From Deltaproteobacteria bacterium (GTDB lineage Bacteria; Myxococcota_A; Polyangia; Polyangiales; Houyiibacteriaceae), in assembly GCA_034670305.1 (NCBI GenBank), contig JAXMNT010000015.1, positions 1 through 64,000 on the forward strand: a DNA stretch of 64,000 nucleotides. The letters are read 5' to 3'. Position 1 is the stretch's first letter; each line of letters begins with the position of its first letter. The notes under the pieces are model-generated. The model was not told the origin of the DNA, did not search any database, and saw nothing but the letters and a program-made list of their open reading frames with translations. Both the position numbers and the translations under genes were made by a program. Shown piece after piece: positions 21,714 through 31,428 of the stretch.

Positions 21714-23447
21714 TCAGAACCGCACGGTCAGCGACGCACCGCCGAGGCCGAGGCCGAGCTCCGCGCTCGGACAGTCGAGATCGTCGAGGTCGAACGTGGG
21801 CGGTCCGAGGTCGATCGAAGGCGCGTCCACGTTCACGTCTGCGTCCACCGACACATCCACGCCAGGCACCGACGCGTCGGCGTCGAGGTCGGGGGCGTCC
21901 GCATCGAGCGCCGCAGAAGCCCGCTTCTTCAGCACGAGCGCGATGGTGAGCACCGTACCCACGACGACCGCGGTGGTGACCGCCAGTCCGATGCCCCAGT
22001 TGCCGAGGCGCCGTTGCTGCGCCTGCAGATCGAAGGCGACCTGTTGCTCTGGGGTGCAGCCACCCATGCCGCAACCGGCGTCGGGCAACATGACGTCGGG
22101 GGTCTTGGCTTTGAGCCGACCGACGAGGGCGACGAGTCCGGCCACCAGGACGGCGCCGCCACCGATGCTCGCGCCGAGCACGACCCCGAGCGAAGGTCCG
22201 GTCGACGGGGCGTCGACCTCCGGGGCCGTCAGATCGGGCGACCCGGCCGCGGCAAGCGCCGCACCGAAGTTCACGTCGGGGCTCGGCACATCGACCGTCG
22301 CGTCGGCCGCGACGTCGACTTCCATCTCATGGACCAGCCGTCCTCCGGCTCGGAATCCGATGGAGAGGGTTCCGACCGGCACCGCAAACGATCCCCCGAT
22401 CGCATCGAGCGGTACGGCGCGCCCGTCGACATCGATCCGAAGACCGGCGCGGACATGGGCCGCCAACGACGCATCGAGCCGGAGCGCCCCGGTCGGTCCC
22501 GTGAGCGCAATGTCTGCGCCCGCCCCCAGCTGGAAGTCGACGTCCGGTCGCGGGATGGCGAGCTCGCCGCCCGCCTCCAAGCGCACCGACCGCTCAAAAC
22601 GCACCCGGCCGTTTGCGCGGAACGCGACCGCGAGGTCTGCGCCGGCGCGCACCGCCAAACGGCGGCCGATCCAATCGAGCGGCACCAGTCGACCGTCGAC
22701 CTCGATCCGGAGTCCCGCGCGCACCTGGGCGGCGAGGGCGCCATCGAAGCGCAAGAACCCAACCGGCCCACTCACTTCGACCCGTCCCTCGATGCGGGCC
22801 GCGAGTTCGGGCGGCTCTGGGAGGGTGAAGTGGGCCGTCGCCTCGAGCCGCACCCGCTGCAGGTGCACGATCCGCGCGCCCATCCGCAGCGCGATGTCGA
22901 TGTCCGCACCCGCGCGCGCCGCGAACGGTCGGCCCACCCAGTCGAGGGGAACGGGCTGACCGTCGATGTCGACGCGAAGGCCCTGTCGGAGGAACGCCTC
23001 GAGCGAAGGCGGGAGTACGACGAACCCTACGCGGGCAGCCAACGCGGCGCGGGCGCGGGCCGCCAGCTCGATCGTCGCACTCGGCAGCCGCGCGCCGCCA
23101 TCGATCCGCGCCCGCAGTCGAGCGCCGATGCCCGGTCGTGGCGTGTCGGCGGCGAGGCCTTCGACGTCCAAGTAAGCCGAAAGCGCGGCTTGCAGCCGAC
23201 CCGATGCCTCGAGCGCGAGGCCCCAGCGAAACCGGGTGTCCGCGTTGGCTTCCAGCTCGAACGAAGCGGCGAAGTGAACCGCTGCCGCACACGCGCGTCC
23301 CTCGTCGAGATCCTGCTTGCCCGCGTCGTACTCCGAGCGGGCGCCGGCATCGTCAGGGCCCGCGTCCGCCAGCGCCGTGGCCGTCACGGTGCCCCATCCG
23401 AGCGCCAGCACGGCCGTTCGCACCGCGTTTCGCACGCCGGTTCGCAT
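21714..23447 (-). CDS. Secreted TPR-like protein with three PEGA-like repeats and C-terminal TM region
   Basis: Signal peptide; helical A..HF..SF...LE..GRL..A...Y; GLR(V/I)xxDGxxVPLD x3; start could be 23546. Confidence 0.6.
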   Translation of the reverse strand: MRTGVRNAVRTAVLALGWGTVTATALADAGPDDAGARSEYDAGKQDLDEGRACAAAVHFAASFELEANADTRFRWGLALEASGRLQAALSAYLDVEGLAADTPRPGIGARLRARIDGGARLPSATIELAARARAALAARVGFVVLPPSLEAFLRQGLRVDIDGQPVPLDWVGRPFAARAGADIDIALRMGARIVHLQRVRLEATAHFTLPEPPELAARIEGRVEVSGPVGFLRFDGALAAQVRAGLRIEVDGRLVPLDWIGRRLAVRAGADLAVAFRANGRVRFERSVRLEAGGELAIPRPDVDFQLGAGADIALTGPTGALRLDASLAAHVRAGLRIDVDGRAVPLDAIGGSFAVPVGTLSIGFRAGGRLVHEMEVDVAADATVDVPSPDVNFGAALAAAGSPDLTAPEVDAPSTGPSLGVVLGASIGGGAVLVAGLVALVGRLKAKTPDVMLPDAGCGMGGCTPEQQVAFDLQAQQRRLGNWGIGLAVTTAVVVGTVLTIALVLKKRASAALDADAPDLDADASVPGVDVSVDADVNVDAPSIDLGPPTFDLDDLDCPSAELGLGLGGASLTVRF

Positions 23448-23693
23448 GAGCGAAGCGGCCCCGCGGGTTCGATGCGTGCGGGGCGCAAACGGGTTGGTTC
23501 GGGCTGGATCATCCAGCCGCGTCGTCGTCGTCTCTAGCTTTCCCATGCCCACTTCTCCTCTGAGTCGCGGACCCCCCAAGCTGGCGTCCAGAGTCCCACG
23601 CGGGCTCGAACGTGGTCCAGTCCAATCGCGCCGAATGGATGCCGAAGGCTGTTCGGAACCCGAAGAAGCCAGGCGGCGGTTGTGGGAGTCGCC

Positions 23694-23759
23694 GTGCTGG
23701 CTCCGGGAACCGCAGGTGCTGGCTCCGGGAACCGCAGGTGCTGGCTGCGGGAGCCGCAG
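23694..23759 (+). repeat. Three tandem 22-bp repeats GTGCTGGCTCCGGGAACCGCAG
   Basis: Two exact copies (23694, 23716) and one with 2 mismatches (23738). Confidence 0.9.
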
Positions 23760-23814
23760 CGGTGGCCTCGGCATCGGCTCTCGACCCTCCGCAACCGACG
23801 CGGTATGTCGGCGC

Positions 23815-26034
23815 ATGCGCTTCCTTCCGATTCTGGCCCTCGTCCTCGCGTGTGGACCCGCCGGCACCCCGTCGATCGAACACCCGGAGGCTCCGGCCTC
23901 GGTAGCGGACCCAGCCTTCCTCGAGCAGTGGGCGGCCACTGGCGGATTCCGACTCGGACAGCCGACGGCGATCACGATCACACCCGATGGCAGCGAAGTG
24001 CTCTTCCTGCGATCCGGTCCCCGGGACTCAGAGCGGGATCTCTACGCGTTCGATGTCGCCACTGGAGAAGAGCGGGTCGTGCTCACCGCCGATCAGATCC
24101 TCGGCGGACAAGCAGAGACCTTGTCGCCCGAAGAGCGCGCGCTCCGGGAGCGCCTGCGCATGACCGCGAGCGGCATCGCGTCCTACACGCTGAGCCAAGA
24201 CGGGTCGAAGATCCTGGTGCCGCTTTCGGGCAAACTCTTCGTCGTCGATCGGAACGCCACCGAGAACAACGTGCGGGAGCTCCCGTCCGAAGGCGGCTAC
24301 GCCAACGACGCACAGTTCAGCCCGGACGGAAACCGCGTGGCGTGCGTTCGGGAGGGCGACGTCTACGTCATCGACGTCGCCGGCGGCACCCAGCGCAGAC
24401 TCACCACGCGCGAAGGCGACCAGCAGACCTACGGGCTCGCGGAGTTCGTCGCGCAAGAAGAGATGAGCCGCTACCACGGCACCTGGTGGTCGCCGGACTC
24501 GACAACGCTCGTGGTCCAACACAACGACTCGTCGGACGTCGAGACGCTCTACGCCAGCAACCCCATCGATCCCGCGGACCCACCGCGCGCCGCGCGTTAC
24601 CCGCGGGCGGGCACCAACAACGTCGTGGTGAGGCTCGCGTTGTTCCCCGTCGCCGGTGGAGACGCGCGCTGGATCGAGTGGGACCAGCAGACTTTCCCGT
24701 ACCTCGCCTCCGTGCGCTGGCCGAAAGAAGGACCGCTGACCGTCCTCGTGCAGGACCGCCGTCAGCAGGTCGAACAGATTCTGCGGGTCGATCCGGAGAG
24801 CGGGCAGACCACTCGGCTTCACTTCGAGCGGGACGAAGCGTGGCTGAACCTCGATCAGTCGGTGCCGCGCTGGATCGACGCCGAGCAGATGCTCTGGAGC
24901 ACCGAACGCGACGGTCAATGGCAGCTCGAGCGGCGCGGGCCCGAGGGCGCCAACACCCTCACCCACGCCACCCTCGGCTACCGCGAGCTGCTTCACGTCG
25001 AGACGAGCGACGACGGTCCGGAAGCGGTCTGGGTGGTCGCCTCTCGAGACCCGACCGAAGCCCACGTGTGGCGCGTGCCGTTCACGGGCGAGCCGACTCA
25101 GATCTCGGAGGGCGCGGGCTCCCACACCGGCACGTTCGGTGGCGAGACCGACGAAGGCCTCGTGTGGGTCCACACCTCCGACACCGTCGACGAGGGCCCG
25201 AAGTGGACGGTTCGGCGGGGCGCGGAGACCGTGGTCGGCACCCTGCGCTCGGTCGCCGAGACGCCCACGTTCACACCCACCGTTCAGCACCTGACCGTTG
25301 GCGAACGGGCCATGCGCGCCCTCGTCGTGCGGCCGCGCAACTTCGAACCCAGCCGGCGCTACCCGGTGTTGCTCTCGGTGTACGCCGGACCGGGCTACGC
25401 GAAGGTGCGCAAGGGCAAGTACCGCCAGCTGCGGGAACAGTGGCAAGCCGACCATGGGTTCATCGTCGTGAGCGTGGACGGGCGCGGCACCCCTGGGCGG
25501 GGACGCGATTGGGAACGGGTGGTGCGCGGCGATCTCTCGGCCATCGCGCTCGAAGATCAAATCACCGGACTGCGCGCGCTCGGCCAACACGTCGGCGAGA
25601 TGGACCTCTCGCGGGTCGGCGTCTACGGCTGGAGCTTTGGCGGGTACTTCTCCGCGATGGCGGTGATGCGCCACCCCGAGGTCTTCCGCGTCGGGGTCGC
25701 CGGAGCGCCGGTCGGTGACTGGCGGGACTACGACACCCACTACACCGAGCGGTTCATGGATCTACCGGCGCGCAACGAAGAAGGCTACGACGCAGCCTCG
25801 GTGCTGACCTACGCCTCGCAGCTCGAACGCCCGCTGATGATCATTCACGGGACGAGCGACGACAACGTCTACTTCGTGCACGCGCTGAAGATGCACGACG
25901 CGCTGATGCGCGCTGGGGCAGAACACGAGTTCGTGGTGCTCGCCGGGTCGACGCACATGGTGGCCGACCCCGAGGTCGCGCGTGCGCTTCAGGGACGCGT
26001 CATGCGGTTTCTGAGTTCGAACCTCGCGCCCTGA
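23815..26034 (+). CDS. S9B dipeptidyl peptidase IV family lipoprotein
   Basis: VLAC lipobox; QEEM, YPRAG, GWSFGG, DDNV, H catalytic triad. Confidence 0.93.
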   Translation: MRFLPILALVLACGPAGTPSIEHPEAPASVADPAFLEQWAATGGFRLGQPTAITITPDGSEVLFLRSGPRDSERDLYAFDVATGEERVVLTADQILGGQAETLSPEERALRERLRMTASGIASYTLSQDGSKILVPLSGKLFVVDRNATENNVRELPSEGGYANDAQFSPDGNRVACVREGDVYVIDVAGGTQRRLTTREGDQQTYGLAEFVAQEEMSRYHGTWWSPDSTTLVVQHNDSSDVETLYASNPIDPADPPRAARYPRAGTNNVVVRLALFPVAGGDARWIEWDQQTFPYLASVRWPKEGPLTVLVQDRRQQVEQILRVDPESGQTTRLHFERDEAWLNLDQSVPRWIDAEQMLWSTERDGQWQLERRGPEGANTLTHATLGYRELLHVETSDDGPEAVWVVASRDPTEAHVWRVPFTGEPTQISEGAGSHTGTFGGETDEGLVWVHTSDTVDEGPKWTVRRGAETVVGTLRSVAETPTFTPTVQHLTVGERAMRALVVRPRNFEPSRRYPVLLSVYAGPGYAKVRKGKYRQLREQWQADHGFIVVSVDGRGTPGRGRDWERVVRGDLSAIALEDQITGLRALGQHVGEMDLSRVGVYGWSFGGYFSAMAVMRHPEVFRVGVAGAPVGDWRDYDTHYTERFMDLPARNEEGYDAASVLTYASQLERPLMIIHGTSDDNVYFVHALKMHDALMRAGAEHEFVVLAGSTHMVADPEVARALQGRVMRFLSSNLAP

Positions 26035-26131
26035 CGCGGCTCTCGCCGCCAGACAGGAACCGCCGACGCCCTGGGACGGATGGGCGACGGCGGACGCATT
26101 TCGGGTCGAGTGAGGCTCGAGTCGGAGGCTC

Positions 26132-26201
26132 AGTCGCTATCGCTATCGCTCTCGCTATCGCTATCGCTATCGCGCGAGTCGCGCGAGTCGCGCAGTCGCT
26201 A
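26132..26201 (+). repeat. (TCGCTA)n hexamer tract plus short duplications between convergent genes
   Basis: tcgctatcgctatcgctctcgctatcgctatcgcta; gcgcgagtc x2. Confidence 0.85.
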
Positions 26202-27881
26202 TCAGTCGGACGGGTGGGAGTTGTGCTCTTCGGCGATCTGCTTGGCCATGTCTTCGAGCACTTCGCGACACTCGGCTTTGCCGCTGAGGTGTTCGAGAAG
26301 AATCGCGGATGCATCGACGAACGACTTCTCGTAGCCGAGCGCTTCGCGCACCCGCGTGGCGATGCGTTCCCGCCCCGCTTGAAGATCGTTCTCGAGCGCT
26401 TCGCTGTAGCGAAGCAGCTGCGCCTTGAGCTCGTCGATCTGCTTGCGGAGAGACGCTGCGTACTGCTCGCGCTCTTGTGCGCGCCGCTCGTAGTCTCCGA
26501 TGACGCTCGCCAGCGTCTCCACCCGCGCCTGTGCCGCGCCGAAGGCGCGGTGCAGTTCGGCGGTGTTGGCCGAGGCGAGCTGTTTGTTGATGTCGACGAC
26601 TTCGCGATCGGCCTGCGCACGGAACGCACCCAGGCGACCGGCCCGTTCTCGTTCGGCGAGTGCTTCGCGCATCGCGCGGCTCTCTTCGCCGGCGAGTTCT
26701 TCGACCTTGCGACCGATCTCTGCGCGCAGCGCGCGCCCGCGCTTTTCGATCGCTTCGAGTTTGCGAGAGTGACTGGAGAGTTCGCCTTCGAGTCGGGAGG
26801 CGCGCGCCGCGAGATCCCACATGCGGTCGGCGGCTTTGCGGATCGCATCCGGCGCTTTGCCGTTCGGGTAAGCCCGCGCGGTGGCGCGCAAGAAGTTGGC
26901 GGCGCGGCGGGACCACTCGACGACCCCGGCCGTGGGTGCCGGCGGGGGAGGCGGCGGGCCCTCGGGCTGCGAGCCGTCGTTGTTCTTCTGCATCTCCCAG
27001 ACGTTCGAGGGGAGCGCGCGCTGGAACCGCTTGAGTTCCTCTTGGAGATGGTGGCCGTCGCGAAACCGCTTCTCGGCCGACTTCTCGAGCAAGCGGAGGC
27101 AGATCATCTGCGCCTGTTCCGGCACGTCCTCGCGGTACTGACGGGGCGGCACCGGCGCCTGACTGCGCTGCATCTCGAGCAACGTGTCCCGGTCCGCGGA
27201 GCGGAACGGAAGTTTGCCGGTCATCATCTCGAAGAAGAGGATCCCAAGCGCGTAGAGATCGCTGGTCGGCACGGCGTCTTCACCCCGGGCCTGCTCCGGC
27301 GACATGTACTCCGGGGTTCCAAAGACGGCCCCCTTGGGCGCGAGACGCGGGTCTCGGGCCAGGGCGGCGAGCCCGAAGTCGAGGATCTTGACGAAGTCCT
27401 GTCGACCGCCGCGGCTGGTCAACATGATGTTGTCGGACTTGAGGTCGCGGTGCACCACCCCGAGGTCGTGGGCACGGGCAAGCGCTGCGCACATCTGCTC
27501 GAGGATGTCGACGGCGCGGGAAAAGGGCATCGGGCCCTTGGCGATCTCGGTCGAGAGCGCCACCCCCATCAGGTACTCCATCACGAGGTAGAGCTCGCCT
27601 TGTTCGGTCTCTCCCACATCGTGAATGTCGACGATGTGGGCGTGGTCCACCCGGTTGGCTGCGCGGGCCTCGCGAAGCATCCAGGCGCGAAGATGGGTCT
27701 CGCCGCGGAGGTCGGGGCGGATCAGCTTCAGCGCCACGACTCGGTCGATCAGCACATGGCGGGCGCGGTACACGACCCCCATGCCGCCCTCTCCGAGCCT
27801 CGCTTCCAGGCGATATCGGCCCGCCACGACCTTCCCCAAGTAAGGGTCACGGCTGCGCGGGGACGCTTGTCGCGGACTCAT
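26202..27881 (-). CDS. Cytoplasmic Ser/Thr kinase with C-terminal coiled coil
   Basis: GEGGMGVVY, HRDLKSDN, DFG, GTPEYMSPE; heptad-rich C-terminus, no TM. Confidence 0.95.
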   Translation of the reverse strand: MSPRQASPRSRDPYLGKVVAGRYRLEARLGEGGMGVVYRARHVLIDRVVALKLIRPDLRGETHLRAWMLREARAANRVDHAHIVDIHDVGETEQGELYLVMEYLMGVALSTEIAKGPMPFSRAVDILEQMCAALARAHDLGVVHRDLKSDNIMLTSRGGRQDFVKILDFGLAALARDPRLAPKGAVFGTPEYMSPEQARGEDAVPTSDLYALGILFFEMMTGKLPFRSADRDTLLEMQRSQAPVPPRQYREDVPEQAQMICLRLLEKSAEKRFRDGHHLQEELKRFQRALPSNVWEMQKNNDGSQPEGPPPPPPAPTAGVVEWSRRAANFLRATARAYPNGKAPDAIRKAADRMWDLAARASRLEGELSSHSRKLEAIEKRGRALRAEIGRKVEELAGEESRAMREALAERERAGRLGAFRAQADREVVDINKQLASANTAELHRAFGAAQARVETLASVIGDYERRAQEREQYAASLRKQIDELKAQLLRYSEALENDLQAGRERIATRVREALGYEKSFVDASAILLEHLSGKAECREVLEDMAKQIAEEHNSHPSD

Positions 27882-28047
27882 CGAATCGTTTGCCTCCCGC
27901 GGGGGTTTGATGGCTCCCGCATGCGCCGCGACTATACATAAGGACCCATCCCAAGCGGGGATTTTCCGGCCCGGAAAGGCCTGACTGTGGTCCCGCCCCC
28001 AGGAGGGGTATCCTGTGGTCATCCGTTTTCCAGTGGTTGGTTGGTGG

Positions 28048-29997
28048 ATGCGAGAGAGGAACCCCTTGGGCCAAACGCCGATCGGCCCCTACGAAATCGA
28101 ACGCCGCCTTGCACTGGGCGGCATGGCGGAGGTGTTCGTCGCGCAACGCCAGGGGCCGCACGGGTTCTCCAAGCGGGTCGCGCTCAAACGCATCCTCCCC
28201 CAGTTCGCGGGGGATCCGGACTTCGTCTCGATGTTCATCGACGAAGCCAAACTTGCAGCGCGCCTGCAGCACCCCAACGTCGTCCAGGTGTTCGACTTCG
28301 GGGAACACGGCGGCGAACTGTTCCTTGCGATGGAGCTGGTCTCCGGCACCAACGTCAACAAGCTCGTCCGAACCTCCACCCTCAAGCAGCTCCCCATCCC
28401 GCTGGACGTCGCCCTCTACATCGTCGCCCAGACCGCGGCGGCCCTTCGGTACGCCCACCACCTCACCGACGACCAGGGCGAGCCGCTGGGGTTCGTGCAC
28501 CGAGACGTCAGTCCGGCGAACATCCTCCTGACGGACACCGGCCACGTGAAACTCACGGACTTCGGCATCGCCATGGTTCGACAGCGCAACCCGCGGACCG
28601 AAGATGGGCATGTCCGCGGGAAGCTCGGCTACATGTCGCCCGAGCAGGTCATGGGCAAACCCATGTCGGACCGCAGCGACGTCTTCACACTCGGGAGCGT
28701 CTTCGCGGAGATGCTGATGGGCAGGCCACTCTTCGGGACCGGCAAGGAACTCGACGTGCTGGTGCGGATCCGAGACGCCGACATCGGCGCGCTCCACAAA
28801 GCGGAGGTGCCGCGCGACGTCGTGAAGATCCTCGAGGCGTGCCTCAACCGCGCGCCGGAACAGCGACCGAGTGCCCGCGAGCTCGGCGAGGTCTGCGACG
28901 AGGTCCGCCGGCGCAGAGGCATGAGCCACGGACCGGAGCGTTTGGTGCGTCTGCTCAAGAAGGTGGGACTCGTGGAAGGCGGCGTGTCGGAGCGACCGAG
29001 CCGACCGGCCGCGTTCGTCGACACCAGCGTCTTGAGCGCGGAAGCCGCGCGGCTGGTCGATGGGGTCGGGGCCACGAGTCCGGCGATCTACTGGGTGCGC
29101 CAGGAGGACAGCGAGGTGGGTCCGATGAGCTACCCGAAGCTCGTGGAACTCATCACCGCCGGCACGGTCGACCGCGAGACGTTTGTCCGGAAGGAAGGCG
29201 GCGCGTTCGAACCGGCGTTCGCGCTGCCCGAGCTCACGCGCTTCGTGACTTCGGTCGCGCTGCAGTGGCAGGCACTGGAGATCGAAGGCGCCGAACGCAC
29301 CGGCACGCTGCAGGGCATCCAGCTCGTCGGTCCGCTCTTCGAGATCATGCGGGACCGCCGCAAGGGCGTGCTGCATCTGTGGGAGGGCGAGCGGCGGAAG
29401 AAGATCTACTTCGTGGACGGCAAGGCCGAGTTCGTCGCTTCGACCGATCGACGGGAGTTGCTTGGAGAGCATCTGGTCGCATCCGGGCGCTGTCTGCGGA
29501 TGGAGATCGAGATGGCCCTCGCGCTCTTGCCCCGGTACGGCGGCCGGATCGGAGAAGCACTGGTGGGACTCGGCATGCTGCGGCCGGTCGAGCTCTTCCG
29601 TGCGATCAACGAACAGGTGCGCGAGCGGGTGCTCGAGGCGTTCCGGTGGCGGTCCGGCCGATGGGCATTCGTGGCCGACGTCGAGAGCCACGAAGAGACG
29701 TTTCCGATCGGCGGCACCCGCTTCACGCTGCTCCGCGATGCGGTCGCGCGGGCCCATCCAGACGAGCTGGAGGCCGCGCTGGCGAAGGACTGGGAGAAGG
29801 CGATCCGACTGGTGGAGACCCCGCCAGTCGCCGCCCGCGAGTTCGAGATGCCACGAAGCTGGATCGAGGGCCTCGCGCAGGTCGAAGGTGGGACGACCGC
29901 GGGCGCTCTGCTCAGCCGGGCGGTCACGAGCGGCGCCGATCTCTTCGATGTGTACCGCGCACTCTTCCTCGGCATGCGCACCGGTCTTGTCGCGTAG
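28048..29997 (+). CDS. Ser/Thr kinase with GYF-like and DUF4388 (PatA-N)-like C-terminal domains
   Basis: GGMAEVF, HRDVSPAN, DFG, GKLGYMSPE; YW....VGPMS; G.L.L....KKIYFVDG..LLGEHLV..F.W.SG.W.F. Confidence 0.88.
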   Translation: MRERNPLGQTPIGPYEIERRLALGGMAEVFVAQRQGPHGFSKRVALKRILPQFAGDPDFVSMFIDEAKLAARLQHPNVVQVFDFGEHGGELFLAMELVSGTNVNKLVRTSTLKQLPIPLDVALYIVAQTAAALRYAHHLTDDQGEPLGFVHRDVSPANILLTDTGHVKLTDFGIAMVRQRNPRTEDGHVRGKLGYMSPEQVMGKPMSDRSDVFTLGSVFAEMLMGRPLFGTGKELDVLVRIRDADIGALHKAEVPRDVVKILEACLNRAPEQRPSARELGEVCDEVRRRRGMSHGPERLVRLLKKVGLVEGGVSERPSRPAAFVDTSVLSAEAARLVDGVGATSPAIYWVRQEDSEVGPMSYPKLVELITAGTVDRETFVRKEGGAFEPAFALPELTRFVTSVALQWQALEIEGAERTGTLQGIQLVGPLFEIMRDRRKGVLHLWEGERRKKIYFVDGKAEFVASTDRRELLGEHLVASGRCLRMEIEMALALLPRYGGRIGEALVGLGMLRPVELFRAINEQVRERVLEAFRWRSGRWAFVADVESHEETFPIGGTRFTLLRDAVARAHPDELEAALAKDWEKAIRLVETPPVAAREFEMPRSWIEGLAQVEGGTTAGALLSRAVTSGADLFDVYRALFLGMRTGLVA

Positions 29998-30098
29998 CCA
30001 TGTTGGATGCGTCGCGCACACCCGTGTGTCGTGGCGGCCGGCCGTGCTAGACCGTTGCGGGTGCGCACCATGGACGTGAGCAAGGCGGGGTCGGCGCA

Positions 30099-30968
30099 GT
30101 GAAACCGGTCGGAGCGAGCAAGCCACACCGGACTGCCGGTGAGCCGGAGCTGCCGACGTTCTTCACCTTCGCGCGCGGCACCTCGCCGGTGCTGGTGGAG
30201 GTGCCCCACGCGGGACTCGCCATCCCGGAGTCCGTCCGCGGCGAGCTCCGCTCGCCCCTGCACAACGTGCTGCGCGATGCGGATCTGTTCGTGGACAAAC
30301 TCTACGACGGGGCACCTGGCGAAGGCGCGTCGATGCTCGTGGCGCTCACTTCGCGGTACGTCGTCGACCTGAACCGGGCGCCGGACGACGTGGATCTTCG
30401 CACCGTGCCGGATCACCCGGCGCCGCGTGGGGTGCAGAGCCGCGGCGTCGTGTGGCGGGTCACCACCGACGGCCGTCCGTTGCTCAAGCGGCCGCTGAGC
30501 TACGCGCAACTGCAGAGCCGGCTCGGGCGGTTCCACGGTCCGTACCACCACGCGCTTCACGCCGAGATGCAGTTCCTTCGAGCGCGCCACGGCTTCGCCA
30601 TCGGCCTCGCGGCGCATTCGATGCCGAGCATGGGGCGGGGACTCGGTGCACCGAAGCCGGTGCGCCGTCCGGACGTGGTGCCTGGTTCGCGCGGCGGCAC
30701 CTCGGCCGACCGCCGGGTGCTCGAGCTGGTCGAAGCACACTTCACCGACGCCGGGCTCTCGGTGCGGCACGACGACCCGTACCGGGGCGGTCACACCACC
30801 GCCCACTACGGCCGACCGCACGAGGGTTGGCACGTGGTTCAGATCGAACTCAACCGCGATCTCTATGTGGACGAGCGAACGTCCGAACCCAAGACGGGGA
30901 ACTTCGAAACGCTTCAGGCGGTGCTGACCGAGTTGGTCGGCAAACTTGGCCAACTCGACTTGCGGTGA
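30099..30968 (+). CDS. hutG: N-formylglutamate amidohydrolase family
   Basis: VPHAG, D.FVD.LY, SRYVVDLNR, HSMPS, PY.GG, QIELNR.LY. Confidence 0.88.
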   Translation: MKPVGASKPHRTAGEPELPTFFTFARGTSPVLVEVPHAGLAIPESVRGELRSPLHNVLRDADLFVDKLYDGAPGEGASMLVALTSRYVVDLNRAPDDVDLRTVPDHPAPRGVQSRGVVWRVTTDGRPLLKRPLSYAQLQSRLGRFHGPYHHALHAEMQFLRARHGFAIGLAAHSMPSMGRGLGAPKPVRRPDVVPGSRGGTSADRRVLELVEAHFTDAGLSVRHDDPYRGGHTTAHYGRPHEGWHVVQIELNRDLYVDERTSEPKTGNFETLQAVLTELVGKLGQLDLR

Positions 30969-31008
30969 CGGCTCGCTTCGCGAGACCTGCCTGACCCGCG
31001 TGACCGCG

Positions 31009-31050
31009 CTACCTGGCGACGGCTACTTGGCGACGGCTACTTGGCGACGG
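31009..31050 (-). repeat. Three tandem 14-bp copies of the gene end CCGTCGCCARGTAG
   Basis: ctacctggcgacgg, ctacttggcgacgg, ctacttggcgacgg. Confidence 0.9.
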
Positions 31051-31297
31051 GGGCTTCGTCGATGACGAGGCCCTCACCCGAACGCACTTCGAGCCGGTAG
31101 CGGCTGTTGGCGGTCTGGATGTAGTACACGTCGCGGTCGCAAAGTTTCAGAACCCGCTTCACCGGCGTCGTGACGTACTCGTGAAGACCGTCCGGAAACT
31201 CGATGACGACAACGGAGCCTTTGCGAGGTGGTCTCAGCAACCGTCCTACGACGGCTCGGCCAGGTCGTTTTCCGACCTTGCGCAACACTACCTCCAC
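31037..31297 (-). CDS. Small basic beta-rich hypothetical protein (86 aa)
   Basis: Clean ORF with YVTTPVKRVL...YYIQTANSRYRLEV; GTG start 7 nt after TAACTT. Confidence 0.7.
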   Translation of the reverse strand: MEVVLRKVGKRPGRAVVGRLLRPPRKGSVVVIEFPDGLHEYVTTPVKRVLKLCDRDVYYIQTANSRYRLEVRSGEGLVIDEAPVAK

Positions 31298-31304
31298 GAC
31301 GCTC

Positions 31305-31333
31305 AAGTTAGCACAGCGGCCAAGGGGGGCAAA
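31305..31333 (-). promoter_or_regulatory. Candidate sigma70 promoter (extended -10)
   Basis: TTTGCC-17 nt-TAACTT preceded by TGn. Confidence 0.5.
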
Positions 31334-31428
31334 GTCCTTCAGCAACAGTGGGAGGGGAACAGTCCAGTCGCAGGCTGGTGAGTCGATGGACGTTTGGGGA
31401 TTCGGCGGACCTGACGTATGGGATCGGC

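Noticed and set aside
23694-23759. 22-bp repeats as a CRISPR array
   Set aside because: No spacers and no cas genes
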